Sequence record: PP355766.1
Strand: one strand, 5' to 3'
DNA: 64,000 nucleotides
Shown: positions 31,212 to 41,815 of the stretch, piece by piece
Layout of the letters: each line of letters opens with the position of its first letter
Position numbering within the stretch: the first letter of the stretch is position 1
Translations under genes and position numbers: made by a program
Notes under the pieces: model-generated
The model's input: only the letters and a program-made list of their open reading frames with translations
Databases searched by the model: none
Told to the model about the DNA's origin: nothing

Positions 31212-31237
31212 AGAGGTTCCTATGGGACCTCTCTTTT
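31212..31237 (+). terminator. Rho-independent terminator
   Basis: AGAGGTTCC-TATG-GGACCTCT-CTTTT. Confidence 0.65.
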
Positions 31238-31251
31238 ATTCTAAACTCCTT

Positions 31252-31905
31252 TCACAAATGATTTAAAATTCTTCTTGCTTGAGTGTGACTTACACCAATG
31301 TGTTTAGCATATTTAGATAATTCGCCTCTTTTAGAAAAATCATATAATTTAGAAATTTCCATTCTGTAAGCTCTTTCATCTGTACTAACTCTAGCTAAGT
31401 TTAATTCGGATATCTTTTTCTTGAATTCAGCCGAATGGTGTTTTCCTGCAAATCCGCTTGGCTTACCAGCCATATTATCTTTCCATGTAGGTAAATCCAA
31501 GGATTTCACTGATTTTGAAATCTTTTTCTTATGCTCATCTGATAAAGGTTTATTAGCACAAGATTTTCCAACTTTTGACATATTAGTTCTTCGTTGTTCG
31601 GACAAGATTTCATTATTACATATGTGGTCCCATCCGCCTTCACCACCAAGCTTTAAGTTATATGTATCAGGCCTTTTAATAAATTCTTCATTTACTAGGT
31701 GTCTTTCCGCATCATACATATCTTTAGCATTATCAAAAGTTTCGAGAATTTCTTTTTCAAAATTTTCTTTGCCGTACTTTTTAATAGCACGCTTTAAATT
31801 CTTACCAGAACCCATGTATCCATCTTCCAACTTAGAAGTAGAATGAACTCCAATATAAAACTTTTGATTTATTTTATTTGTAATTTTATAAAGATAGTAA
31901 TGCAT
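31252..31905 (-). mobile_element. Seg-type GIY-YIG homing endonuclease downstream of tRNA-Gly (SegB-like position)
   Basis: YLYKITN...FYIGVH...YMGSG..LKRAIKKYG; NUMOD3-like HKKKIS. Confidence 0.9.
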
Positions 31906-31952
31906 ATCAGTTCCTATTAAAAGAACCGAGCGTCTCTCGACGAGTCACAATT

Positions 31953-32028
31953 TGGAGCATCCAAAGGGAATCGAACCCTTATCAAGTGAGTGGAAGTCAC
32001 CTATAATAGCCGTATTACCGATGGTGAA
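31953..32028 (-). tRNA. tRNA-Gly (TCC); first ~4 nt replaced at a junction
   Basis: GGTGA-CTTCCAC-TCACT arm, T arm, TGGATGC-T-CCA; 5' acceptor half does not match. Confidence 0.8.
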
Positions 32029-32122
32029 GTAGTAGAACTTGGTGGTGAAGATAAGTATGTTTCTCTTTGTCGTAAACACTGGTGCGAACTGGTAGGTGTT
32101 TATAATGAAGCCAAGAACGTAT
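32020..32122 (+). CDS. tk: Thymidine kinase, 3' end
   Basis: GGEDKYVSLCRKHW. Confidence 0.85.
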
Positions 32123-32299
32123 AACACTATCCTGATGCTAATTATGGGTATGCTATTCATTTGGATTGGTGTAGCAGCATCTATACAAAGTGATAGACGA
32201 GAAGAAGCACAAAATCGTCTTGATTCTAGCTGTAAAGTATTAGCACAAGGTAAAGACTTTATTGCTAATATGAATGGGTGTTATATTAAACATGAGTAG
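32096..32299 (+). CDS. Small membrane-anchored hypothetical protein
   Basis: N-terminal hydrophobic helix. Confidence 0.6.
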   Translation: MFIMKPRTYNTILMLIMGMLFIWIGVAASIQSDRREEAQNRLDSSCKVLAQGKDFIANMNGCYIKHE

Positions 32300-32583
32300 C
32301 TTATTTGCTATAGCGGGTGGTATAGTATCAGTACTCGTGATTGGGTTCTTACTATACGTAATATTGCTTTCGTTATTGGTTTAATATGAAAAAATATGTG
32401 ATGTGCTACCGTTGTCTTCATGTATATGATTACAACACTGCTCCAAAGACAGCTACCAAGCGTCTTAAAACCAAAGAACCTGAATGTCCAAAATGTAAAT
32501 GTAAGGTCATCTATTCATGAATATTAAATTTTTCAAATCAGGATTTTACTATCGTTGAGGTAATTTAACTTAACGAGGTAATA

Positions 32584-32765
32584 ATGTCTAGAACAATTCG
32601 CCGTAAAGGCTGGCATGTAGTAAAATCTTCCAAATGGAACGATCAGAATAATAACGAATTTGCTTATATTAAAAGCTATAACGAATACGTTAAAACTCAG
32701 AAAGATAAAGAAACCCAACAGAAATATGTTGAACTGCGTATTTCTGAAAATCGGGAAAGACCGAA
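32584..32765 (+). CDS. T4-like hypothetical protein, 5' fragment (MSRTIRRKGWH)
   Basis: GAGG RBS; probable 3' part duplicated at 58090-58380. Confidence 0.6.
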
Positions 32766-33478
32766 TTTTCTCTCAATTTAAATTCGTTTATCATAGAACC
32801 ATACGGCTCATCTGGATAACCATTCTTTACAGCTAACTTATTAAATCTTCTATACCCAACTTTACCATTATTTTTCCATAGCAAATACAGCTCTTCGAAA
32901 AATTTCCAATTCTCGAGGTGTGCACGTTTAGCTGCCTTAATTCCTGCGATATGCCGTGCCTTTACGTCACTTCTTGCTAATGCCTTAATTGTATTATTTC
33001 TTTGTTTTTCTTTTACTTCTGGACGCTGTTGGGATAACTTAGACGCCATCCCATTACGAGCTTTTACTATAGGATTTGATAAAGTTTTCTTCATTGAAGC
33101 TGACACTTTATCTCTATGGCCAGGAGTAGCCCAAAGCTTTTTAGCATGATTAGAATTCTTTACGCGAGTACTTTTATAAACAGTTCCACCTTCACCGCCA
33201 TCAGATAAATTCATACATAATGAACCATACTTAATTTTACCAGCTTTAATGTATAATGCTTCTGCGTTAGAAGCAAGTTCATACGTACTAAAGAATTCAA
33301 GTTTTCTTACACTAATCTTATATCGTTCAGGATACTTTTTAACATGCCGCATATAATATCCTGAACCTGAATATGAATCGTTTAATCTATTACTTCTGTG
33401 TTTTCCGAAGTAGTGTTTAACTACTCCGGTCTTAAGATTTTCTATCTCAGTGTGATAAATGTAATTATATTTTTTCAT
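32765..33478 (-). mobile_element. Seg-type GIY-YIG homing endonuclease
   Basis: YIYHTE...YFGKH...YSGSG...AEALYI...CMNLSDGGEGG; upstream GATAAATA. Confidence 0.85.
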
Positions 33479-33499
33479 AATATTATTTATCCACGGAGT

Positions 33500-33759
33500 T
33501 GGTTACGGATTTCAAACATTGCTGCATTGGATGCTACATATTGATAATCCGGTTCATCAATAGAAATGCTATTCGCCGCTACCTTAACGATAGTCTTCTG
33601 GATATCTGCAGTGCTCATGCCATCACGCAGATGGGATTTAATAATTTCATACAACTCGTATGGGTCTACTTTAGTTCCTTCGCACGCCCATTCGAGGACT
33701 TTAATGATTTTCTGCATGTCAAATTCTTGACTAACACCTGAGCTCTTAATTACTTGCAT
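33500..33759 (-). CDS. nrdA: Aerobic ribonucleotide reductase alpha, 5' fragment (ATP cone)
   Basis: VIKSSGVSQ.FD..KII..L.WA, EPDYQYVA. Confidence 0.92.
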
Positions 33760-34055
33760 AAGTCCTCTAATTCAAATGTATCTTTAAAAAGTTTATTCAC
33801 TACAAGAGCTATTATATCACCATGGCAAGGAAGCGGTTTGCAGGTGCATCCTAATCTCATTCCTCTTAAAGTTTCTAAGTGCTCTCGCTTTATTTCTCCG
33901 TTCCGAATCTTAGCAATAAAATCGTCCTTAAACGCAGCAATAGCATCAGGACGATTATCGCAATCTTTACCGACGTAATTTCCCCACATTGTTCCGCGTT
34001 GGATATTTACATCGAAGTCGGAATGGTATTTATTAACCACCCGACATATCTTCAT
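33750..34055 (-). CDS. DUF4326-like protein upstream of nrdA
   Basis: I.RGT.WGN, LGC.CKP.PCHGD. Confidence 0.8.
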   Translation of the reverse strand: MKICRVVNKYHSDFDVNIQRGTMWGNYVGKDCDNRPDAIAAFKDDFIAKIRNGEIKREHLETLRGMRLGCTCKPLPCHGDIIALVVNKLFKDTFELEDLCK

Positions 34056-34224
34056 GTTATATCAACTTCAAACCAGCAGATTAATTGTGTTTTACCTATA
34101 GACCATTCATATGATTTAACAATAGACAGAACCCTTTGTTCGATCCCGTCAAAAACTATCTTGTCATTAACTTCAGGCAAATCACTAGAGAATGCATCAC
34201 ACATCTCGCCTAATATTGTTTTAC

Positions 34225-34915
34225 CGTCTATAGTAATACCTGCTATACCGGACTGTATGTTAGGCTTATTACCTTCATGGTATAGGGCAAACCAAGGTCT
34301 TGGACTAGTTCCTGAGTCTGCTCTCAGTGAGCGAACAAATACCCCAAGGGACGTACCACCGTTCCCAGTATTGGAATCGAAGAATATCTGAGATAAACGG
34401 TACTGAGACTGACGAAACGTAGCTATAGTACCTAAGCGCCCGGTGGTATTACCGGGAGTATTTTTGGTTCCGGCTCCCGCCTGTTGTAACTGAACACCCC
34501 TTCCCCACTGATCATTTCCGCTCTCGGTGTTATTGACGTCTAAATCTGCCAAGGCTTCGGAAGTAACACCAGCCTCAGGTGCTCTAGAGCTGATCAAGTT
34601 TATAACTGTGTCCCTACGAGTCAGAACATTGGGCTCATCAACGTTTGCGGCGGTTTGCTTTAGGTTACCATCAGATCGCATTTGTATTTCTGTAGTAGTA
34701 GCACTATCCCCATTGGGCCTAAAAGCTAGGAATCCCGTAGTCTGTCCGCTACCATTGTTCCCTGAAATAACCATTGTGCCGGTATCGTTAGCTCGTATCC
34801 TGGCGCCACCTTGCCATGAAAGAATATGGTTCTTAGTTGCTGTGAGCGGGAAGACTAGATTACCGTTCGGGGCAATTTCTACTGATGCCACAGTATCTTC
34901 AGTACCTGCAGGACG
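34225..34915 (-). CDS. Tail fibre, internal fragment
   Basis: LAFRPNG, W.ALYHEGNKP motifs. Confidence 0.7.
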
Positions 34916-34949
34916 TAGGTAAATAGATTAGCTTTATTAGGAATTAGTT

Positions 34950-35522
34950 TTAATTACGGGCTGCATTAGCAACGGCGTAAGCGTATTGAACATTAGCGTC
35001 TTTAAACGTACCTTTAGTGGTATCTAGATCTGCCTTAAATCCGCCTTTAGCCATAACCTCGGCGAATTCTTTACGGAAAGCCATTGCATCAAGACCTTTC
35101 CATGCTGATTTGTGCTTGGCGAATTCAAGACCAGCGAAGTTGACAGCCTTAGCCAATTTATTATCAATAACCCATTTACCTGCTTTAGGTACAAATACCG
35201 GGCCTTTCTGTTTGGAGAACAATTTTAAATTCCAACGGCGAAGGTCTGCATCGGCTTTAACAAAAGCTGCGTCTAAGTTACTAGCAACAACATCTTGAAT
35301 ATGACCAAATTTAAGCCCATCGGCTTCAATATTTAGATCGTTACGCCAGCGAAGTCCTTCCCAGGCGAAGCTTTTAAAGTCAGAAGCCTTTGTAGCTAAA
35401 TACCGCTCAATAGGAGCTGTTTTAGGGTCAAAGCCGTTTCCTCGGTAGGTCCACTCATCTTTATTAATGCCTTGGACCTTTCCTACAGAAGCTTCAGTGA
35501 TAAATTCTTTATAGGTTTTCAT
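34950..35522 (-). CDS. ipIII: Internal head protein III
   Basis: MKTYKEFITEAS...GINKDEWTYR.NGFDPKTAPIERYLATKASDFK. Confidence 0.95.
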   Translation of the reverse strand: MKTYKEFITEASVGKVQGINKDEWTYRGNGFDPKTAPIERYLATKASDFKSFAWEGLRWRNDLNIEADGLKFGHIQDVVASNLDAAFVKADADLRRWNLKLFSKQKGPVFVPKAGKWVIDNKLAKAVNFAGLEFAKHKSAWKGLDAMAFRKEFAEVMAKGGFKADLDTTKGTFKDANVQYAYAVANAARN

Positions 35523-35692
35523 TTTATATCCTTTAAGTTAATGCGTGTCATAGTAGCCTTCATTTAATAAGGCTACTATACCACATTAACGTCTCAATGT
35601 AAACTATGAACCATAATAACCAAACAACTCACTACGACGATCGTCTGGTGAAACATATGCAGCAAAGGCGTTAGACTCTGTCATTACCCATT

Positions 35693-36127
35693 TCATTTTA
35701 GCACCTCATAGCGAATAAGTTCAATACGATTTTTAAGCTCTTGGTATGATTTACGCCAAGGCTTATAATAAGCATTTAAATCTTGGTGTTGTTTATGCAT
35801 TTCGTCTAAATGCTTTACTGCATCCTGTACATTTGCAAGGAAAGTATCAAATACATTATTAGCGTATTCTTTCCTGAGCTCAATGAATGGAGGAGCACGA
35901 AATACGTTTACCATTACACGTAGTTCATGATAAGAAGAATGGACTTCAGCTAATACATTTTTCTTATCGCCAAAATTAAACTTATAAAGCTTTTCACAGA
36001 TTGCTTCACATGCTTTCTCTGCTTTACCCTTAGGTTTACCTGCAAAGATGTGTCCTGGCGGATATACTTTAATATCGTTTAACCAACATTCAATATCTTT
36101 AATAGCTGCTAAACTCATTGTACCCAC
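35693..36127 (-). CDS. Hypothetical protein
   Basis: 144-aa ORF. Confidence 0.65.
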   Translation of the reverse strand: MGTMSLAAIKDIECWLNDIKVYPPGHIFAGKPKGKAEKACEAICEKLYKFNFGDKKNVLAEVHSSYHELRVMVNVFRAPPFIELRKEYANNVFDTFLANVQDAVKHLDEMHKQHQDLNAYYKPWRKSYQELKNRIELIRYEVLK

Positions 36128-36282
36128 GCTCCATTTTCATCAATGTAATTAATCCACTCGTTAATAGTCCAGGAAGAGGTATCACCTTTAGGAGTATCAA
36201 CGATATACATTCCGCCTTTAAACAAAACACGTTTTACATCATTAGAAATTAAAGTAGCCATTATATTCATCTGGGCTATAAA

Positions 36283-36816
36283 TTACAGTTTCTTATAATG
36301 GCGACCAACATCACCAACGTAGTGTGTCAGTTGCTTCAAACGATTACCGAAATCTTCTGTTTTAGAACTAGTGCTTAAACCATACAGTACTGCATATAAA
36401 TCAGGGGTATCACGTACGTTAACTTTAGATGCGATTGACGGGTCAACAGATGCAACTACTTTTGCATGGAGTTTAGCAGATAATGCCGCAGCTTTTTCGT
36501 ATGCAGTGTGAACATCATCCCATGCTTTATTCAGTGCTTTAACATCAGCGTCGCTAAGAACAGATGACTTTTTAGCAGCTTTAGGTTTAGCAGTGCCTGA
36601 CTTTGGTTTAGTAAAAATTTCACCAGTTACAACCATTGATTTCCATGCGTTTGTAACATCGTTGCCGCGGAATCCAAGTTCTTTCATATCACGTGCGAAT
36701 TGGAATCGTGATTCATCGGAAGTATCTTTGTATGAGTATTTTCCAGCTTCCATAGCTGATATAGCCGCAGCTTTAACATCAGAAGAAGCTTCTATTAAAA
36801 ATTCTTTAAATTTCAT
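36283..36816 (-). CDS. Internal head protein with shortened capsid-targeting sequence
   Basis: MKFKEFLIEA N-terminus; Lys/Ala-rich. Confidence 0.7.
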   Translation of the reverse strand: MKFKEFLIEASSDVKAAAISAMEAGKYSYKDTSDESRFQFARDMKELGFRGNDVTNAWKSMVVTGEIFTKPKSGTAKPKAAKKSSVLSDADVKALNKAWDDVHTAYEKAAALSAKLHAKVVASVDPSIASKVNVRDTPDLYAVLYGLSTSSKTEDFGNRLKQLTHYVGDVGRHYKKL

Positions 36817-36839
36817 TATAATTCCCTAAGTAATAGTGT

Positions 36840-37350
36840 CGATTGCTATACTATTTCTTTTAAAGCCAACGTTATCGGTGCTCCGGAAGGTGCAACTGGG
36901 GTTTATTCTTGGACTAAAGACGGTTCTCCTGTAGAAGGTTCTACTAGCACTTTAGTGATTGACACATCTGATATAGGGTCTCAAGTGATTGGGGTTTCTG
37001 TTGAAGTTTCCGCAGAAGATTACACTCCGATTACAGTCACTACAACCGGTAATGTAACCATTACTAAAAGGGTAGCCCCTGAGCCAGACGGAGAACTTCC
37101 GTATATTCATCCTCTACCGTTCCGTGGAACAGCCTATATCTGGTGTGGATGGTGGGTAATGGATGAAATCCAACGAATGACTGTTGAGGGCAAAGATTGG
37201 AAACTCGACGACCCTGACAGCGACTATTACCTGCATCGGTATACTCTAGCTAAAATGCTAGATGATTATCCAGAAGTCGATGTACAAGAATCTAGAAATG
37301 GATACATTGTTCATCGTACTGCGCTTGAAGCAGGTATTATCTATCCGTAA
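36840..37350 (+). CDS. hoc: Hoc, 3' fragment (last Ig domain and capsid-binding domain)
   Basis: YIHPLP.R..AYIWCGWWV, QESRNGY. Confidence 0.92.
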
Positions 37351-37840
37351 TATTTCCATCCGCCCCGTCCATAGACAGGTCTTCAAAGTGGATATCCGCA
37401 ATAAGCATATAACCCAATGAAGCACCAGAAGTTTTGTTATCTAGCTGGAACCACGGCCAAGCGATACCCTCGTCAGTAGCACCTAGAGTCAACTCTTGAT
37501 CAAAGTACGTCCAAGAACTACTTGGAGCAGGGCCAGTAACCACAGTTCTGGAGGGGTAACCCTTGTTCCCATCCTTACGGTTAACAATAAAGCCTACCCT
37601 AAAGTACGCTTCTTCTAAACCTAGCGGATTGTACCAGAATCTGATACGAACTTTTTGTCCGCCTACTACTGGGATGACGTTTTTACCTTCTAGGTTATCC
37701 CTAGCTGTGATACGCAACGCCTTAGAGATGCTCTGGTTTGCTGGACCGGAAACACCTTGCAGAGTTCCTGCCCACGAACCTTTGTTACCATTTTCGAAGG
37801 TATTGGTAATAACCATCTCGTAGCTCTTGGCTAAGAACAC
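37350..37840 (-). CDS. T5-like tail fibre fragment, second CBM-like domain
   Basis: N.FENG..GSW, V.GGQKVRI.FW; ends DGADG. Confidence 0.65.
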
Positions 37841-37873
37841 TGGTTGGAATAAAGAATCTAATTAAGAGGAAAT

Positions 37874-38236
37874 ATGAAAGCATATCAAATTCTTGAAGGT
37901 GAACTTAAAGGCACCATTTACATCGAAGATGGTGATGACGCACGAGTAATCGTTTCAAAAGTTCTTAAAGAAGATACTATTACGGATGCTGAAACCTTTT
38001 ATGGCTACAAGGCGCGTGAAGTAGAAATTGAATATCAACCAACAGTAAAAGTTGAAGGCGGTCAGCACCTGAACGTTAACGTGCTGCGTCGCGAAACCCT
38101 GCTGGACGCGGTTGAGCATCCGGAAAAATATCCGCAGCTGACCATTCGTGTTTCTGGCTACGCGGTGCGCTTCAACTCCCTGACGCCGGAACAGCAACGC
38201 GACGTTATCGCTCGTACTTTCACAGAGGCACTATAA
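37874..38236 (+). CDS. grcA: Autonomous glycyl radical cofactor (Vs.6)
   Basis: [25 protein letters not shown]. Confidence 0.95.
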   Translation: MKAYQILEGELKGTIYIEDGDDARVIVSKVLKEDTITDAETFYGYKAREVEIEYQPTVKVEGGQHLNVNVLRRETLLDAVEHPEKYPQLTIRVSGYAVRFNSLTPEQQRDVIARTFTEAL

Positions 38237-38312
38237 TGTCAATCGAAGATATTAAAGGATACAAGCCACATACCAATGAAAAAATTGGTAAAGTGAATGC
38301 TATCAAAGACGC
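38236..38312 (+). CDS. vs.4: Acb2 (Vs.4), 5' fragment
   Basis: IEDIKGYKPHT.EKIGKVNAIKDA; its end overlaps the start of the 54233-54433 fragment (gctatcaaagacgc). Confidence 0.85.
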
Positions 38313-38313
38313 G

Positions 38314-38426
38314 AGTATAGCGTCAGGAGGTTATGCTTGCGACAGGGAACAACCGACTAGCGGCAATGGACGAACCATTCTCTTCTATCTGACGACTCAA
38401 CGAGGGCATACGCAAGTTTCCCTTCG
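38314..38426 (-). ncRNA. Unassigned structured RNA, copy A, 4 nt after the tRNA-Thr CCA
   Basis: P1 CGTCAG/CTGACG; invariant blocks shared with 16877-17004. Confidence 0.7.
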
Positions 38427-38430
38427 AATT

Positions 38431-38506
38431 TGGTGCCGATTGCAGGAGTCGAACCCGCGACATCTTCATTACAAGTGAAGCGCTCTACCAGCTGAGCTAA
38501 ATCGGC
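38431..38506 (-). tRNA. tRNA-Thr (TGT)
   Basis: Cloverleaf; CTTCA-CTTGTAA-TGAAG; CCA. Confidence 0.95.
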
Positions 38507-38604
38507 TTAAGACGGAAATAAGGATTCGAACCTTATGTAGTTGCACAGACGTATCTGCCGTTGAATTCCTCACTAAGTTTAAGCAACTATTCCCTGGGTC
38601 TTAA
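38507..38604 (-). ncRNA. T-arm-containing structured RNA between tRNA-Leu and tRNA-Thr
   Basis: TTAAGAC/GTCTTAA, GGAA/TTCC, TAGTTGC/GCAACTA, ATAAGG-TTCGAAT-CCTTAT. Confidence 0.6.
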
Positions 38605-38606
38605 TT

Positions 38607-38691
38607 TGGTGCACCGAGAGGGATTCGAACCCTCAATCCTTGCGGCGGGAGATTTTAAGTCTCCTGTGTATACCAGTTCCACCATCGATGC
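38607..38691 (-). tRNA. tRNA-Leu (TAA)
   Basis: GGAGA-CTTAAAA-TCTCC; variable arm; CCA. Confidence 0.95.
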
Positions 38692-38695
38692 GAAA

Positions 38696-38772
38696 TGGTC
38701 GAGGCAGAAGGATTCGAACCTTCGACCTGCGGATTAGAAGTCCGCTGCTCTATCCAACTGAGCTATGCCCCG
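38696..38772 (-). tRNA. tRNA-Arg (TCT)
   Basis: GCGGA-CTTCTAA-TCCGC; CCA. Confidence 0.95.
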
Positions 38773-38789
38773 AGAACGCGCAGTTCAAT

Positions 38790-39230
38790 CAAGAAGTGAT
38801 GCAAAAGGAGCTTTGCGTCTAGACCAAGATAGAATTTTTACTGTTGCTCTATACAGTACGTTCGACAAAGATTTCAAAGACTTAGTTAATAAATTCGAGG
38901 CATTTGGTTGGTGTCCTTCTGAAGACTATGGAATTATTAAGACTGCCCATGTCTTTGACGTAGATACAGTTCCAGGAAGTCCTGTTTCTATACTGCATGC
39001 TCTCCACTTGAAAGGATACACCAATGTATGTCATGAAACTAGCTTATATGAATACGAAAATGACATAATTTCAAGAGGCAAAAAGATTATCATTGATAGC
39101 ACAGATTCTCTAATAGAATTTACCAAGTTAGTTTGGTTATATATGGGCGCAGATTTTATCAAACTGACTCCAAGCCCGCTGTTACAAAAAGCAGCTGATG
39201 GATATAACAGCAGTAGTTGTCTGTATCGCA
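38790..39230 (+). CDS. Hypothetical protein fragment, paralogue/allele of 40110-40575
   Basis: Shared FTVA.Y...FK.LVNKFEA.GWCP...KTAH.FDV...PGSP..IL.ALHLKGYTN. Confidence 0.65.
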
Positions 39231-39630
39231 ATACTTCAGAGAAAGTGCACTGACCAGTAACATCGGTGCTTCCGTACCAAACTCTCATCTGACCTTTGGC
39301 GTTTTCGTAGCTCTGGCAATACCCGGAGTAGTTAGCAAGTACCGTAGCCGCCTCATTTGTCATAACAGCGGTCAACACGTTCTCGCCGTCCTGCAAACGA
39401 ACCACTGTAATCTGATCAGACAAACCATCACAGGTTGCTGTTACCGTAACCCACTTAGAAGTGCCGAAGTTCGCAGCGGTTAGCTGACGGTTATCTCCGG
39501 AGTTCATCAGTGTTACTGCAGCTCCCTTATCGTTTACAGCACTCCACGTGATCCCTGCAGTGGTATTCTGTTTTAGTCCCTTGAACAGAATAGTAGTAGC
39601 GGATTTAATGTCCCCCACAGTATCGTACAC
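39230..39630 (-). CDS. T5-like tail protein fragment
   Basis: TVVRLQDGENVLTA..TNEA; higher GC. Confidence 0.55.
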
Positions 39631-39669
39631 GAATGACTGGTAATCTGACGTTAGAGCGAATCCTTTAGC

Positions 39670-40115
39670 ATTTTCTCCCGCGTTACCTTTGTGTCAGCAT
39701 CTTTACCATATTTGTTGGCTTTGATATGCTTAGCTACTTTGGCTTTCTGTGCCTTTTTAGCAGCTTTAGTTTCAGCAGCTTTCTCTGCAGCAAGTTTACG
39801 AGCTAACATCGCCTCAATAATCGGCATATGAATATCTTCTGATTTCATAATAGCGTTAGCAAGTTTCTTATAATCAATATCAATATGGCTACGAATTTCT
39901 CCCCAAGGAGAAGTCAAACGCTCTTTAGTCTGAGAATCAAATCGCATGTTAGACATATCACGAATAAACATGATGACAGTTAGGCATTCTTTAATTCGTG
40001 CTTTATTAACTTCTAACTTGTACTTACGTTTTAATGCTGGAATGAGTTCATTGCTCAGTTCATCGAGAACTAGGTCAACGTGCGTGCCACCGTTTTTGGT
40101 GTGAATGTTATTAAC
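39670..40115 (-). CDS. 39: Type II topoisomerase large subunit, internal fragment
   Basis: NNIHTKNGGTHV, FDSQTKERLTS, AKHIKAN. Confidence 0.92.
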
Positions 40116-40575
40116 ATATGAAAGTTGGCGGAACCCGCGCAAACTAAAAGAAGGTTTTGATTCTGATAAAGTATTCACTGTAGCAATTTACAATTATTCT
40201 TATGACGAGTTTAAAGAACTGGTCAATAAATTTGAAGCACGCGGGTGGTGTCCTAATAGTAAATATGGACTTGTCAAAACAGCCCATACTTTTGATGTTT
40301 CACACATGCCAGGAAGTCCAATTAATATTTTAGGTGCTTTACACCTTAAAGGATATACCAATGCATATCATGAGACCGATCTGTTTGAATATGCAAATGA
40401 TAAAATCGTTAACGGCAAAAGTATCGTCATTGACAGTGAAGACGCTTTTATAGTATTTACTCAGTTAGTATGGTCATTTATGCAAGCTGATTTCGCCAGA
40501 TTTACTCCGAGCGATTTGCTTCAAAAAGCTGCTGATGCATATAATAATAGTAACAGTCAATATCGTCGGATGTGA
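40110..40575 (+). CDS. Hypothetical protein fragment, paralogue/allele of 38790-39230
   Basis: See partner. Confidence 0.65.
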
Positions 40576-41395
40576 TTCTGCCTCCGATGCTGATGCTTCA
40601 TTTGATTTTTACGCTAAGGTTCCTCGATACTCCAATGACCTTTATGTCACAGTACTAAACACATCTGGGTATAACGGACAGGATTCTGGAAGCGTAGTCA
40701 TCTATGAAACTAACCAAGATATTGGTGCCACCGGACCGTCTGGAAGTATTCTTGTTTCGATGAAACAAATTTTTGACAGTTACTCAAAGCCAGATTTCGG
40801 CGATACTACAGGTACTCTTCCGGTTAACCGAGGTGGTACAGGTGCTACTAACGCAGGAGACGCTCGAAATAACTTAGGTCTTAGAACTGCAGCTGTTCGC
40901 GATGTTGGTGAATCTAGCGGAAACTTGATGGAAGTTGGTGCCTTTGGTATTGGCGGTAACGGAAAATCACTGGTAGATATTACTCGATTCTGCTACTGAT
41001 GCGGATGCGTCATTTGATTTTTATGCTAAGATTCCTCGTTATGGCAATGGCCTTTATGTTACAGTGTTGAACACTGCTGGATACAATGGCCAAGATAGCG
41101 GTAAAGTAATTATCTATGAAACTGGTCAAGATACTGGTGCTACTACACCATCTGGAAACATTCTTGTTTCAATGAAACAGATTTTTGATAGTTTAGCAAA
41201 ACCAGATTTCGGTGATACCACAGGTACTCTTCCGGTTAACCGTGGTGGTACAGGTGCTACTAATGTAGGAGATGCCCGAAACAACCTGGGCCTTAGAACT
41301 GCGGCTGTTCGCGATGTTGGTGAATCCAGCGGAAACGTGATGGAAGTTGGTGCATTTGGTGTCGGTGGTAACGGAAAATCACTGGTAAATATTAC
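40570..41395 (+). repeat. Two tandem alleles (~410 bp each) of one tail fibre segment
   Basis: Both run from ASFDFYAK to GGNGKSLV.IT; both end in the identical ggtaacggaaaatcactggta. Confidence 0.9.
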
Positions 41396-41455
41396 GTATT
41401 CTCACGATATTCCTATTCCGGTAAATCCGGAGGCTCCTGGACCGAGAGGTGAAAA

Positions 41456-41815
41456 ATGAGTGAATTACAATTAGATATGGCTAAATTACTAGACATCGAA
41501 GGAATTCCCGGAATAGAAGGGCAAGAAATTCCGGTTTATGAAAAACTTGAATTAATTGAAGTTAAATCTAATCCAAATGACCGTAAGCCTGACCTCGAAG
41601 ATGACTATTCGGTCGTTCGCAAGAACATGCACTTTCAGCAACAAATGTTAATGGACGCAGCTAAAATATTTTTGGAAACTGCAAAGAACGCTGATTCTCC
41701 TAGACATATGGAAGTATTTGCAACCCTTATGGGTCAGATGACCACAACTAACAAAGAAATTCTTAAGCTTCATAAAGAAATGAAAGACATTACTTCTGAG
41801 CAGGTTAACTCTTCA
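41456..41815 (+). CDS. 16: Small terminase, 5' part (preceded by the gp15 3' end)
   Basis: [28 protein letters not shown]; 3' end alleles at 63565-63785. Confidence 0.93.

Noticed and set aside
31953-32028. tRNA-Gly with a mismatched acceptor stem as an editing substrate
   Set aside because: The mismatched 4 nt belong to the abutting tk fragment, so this is a junction artefact.
32765-33759. nrdA ATP cone followed by a GIY-YIG gene, suggesting an intron or split nrdA
   Set aside because: No group I core (P, Q, R, S) is visible and no downstream exon is present. nrdA stops at MFEIR and switches to unrelated sequence, consistent with a junction.
38314-38426. Assignment of the conserved RNA to the hairpin ribozyme or the lysine/SAM riboswitch
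   Set aside because: It has AGAA/AGAGAA and UUGCCG words but lacks GUAUAUUA and N-GUC (hairpin ribozyme) and the ordered lysine/SAM core elements; left unassigned.
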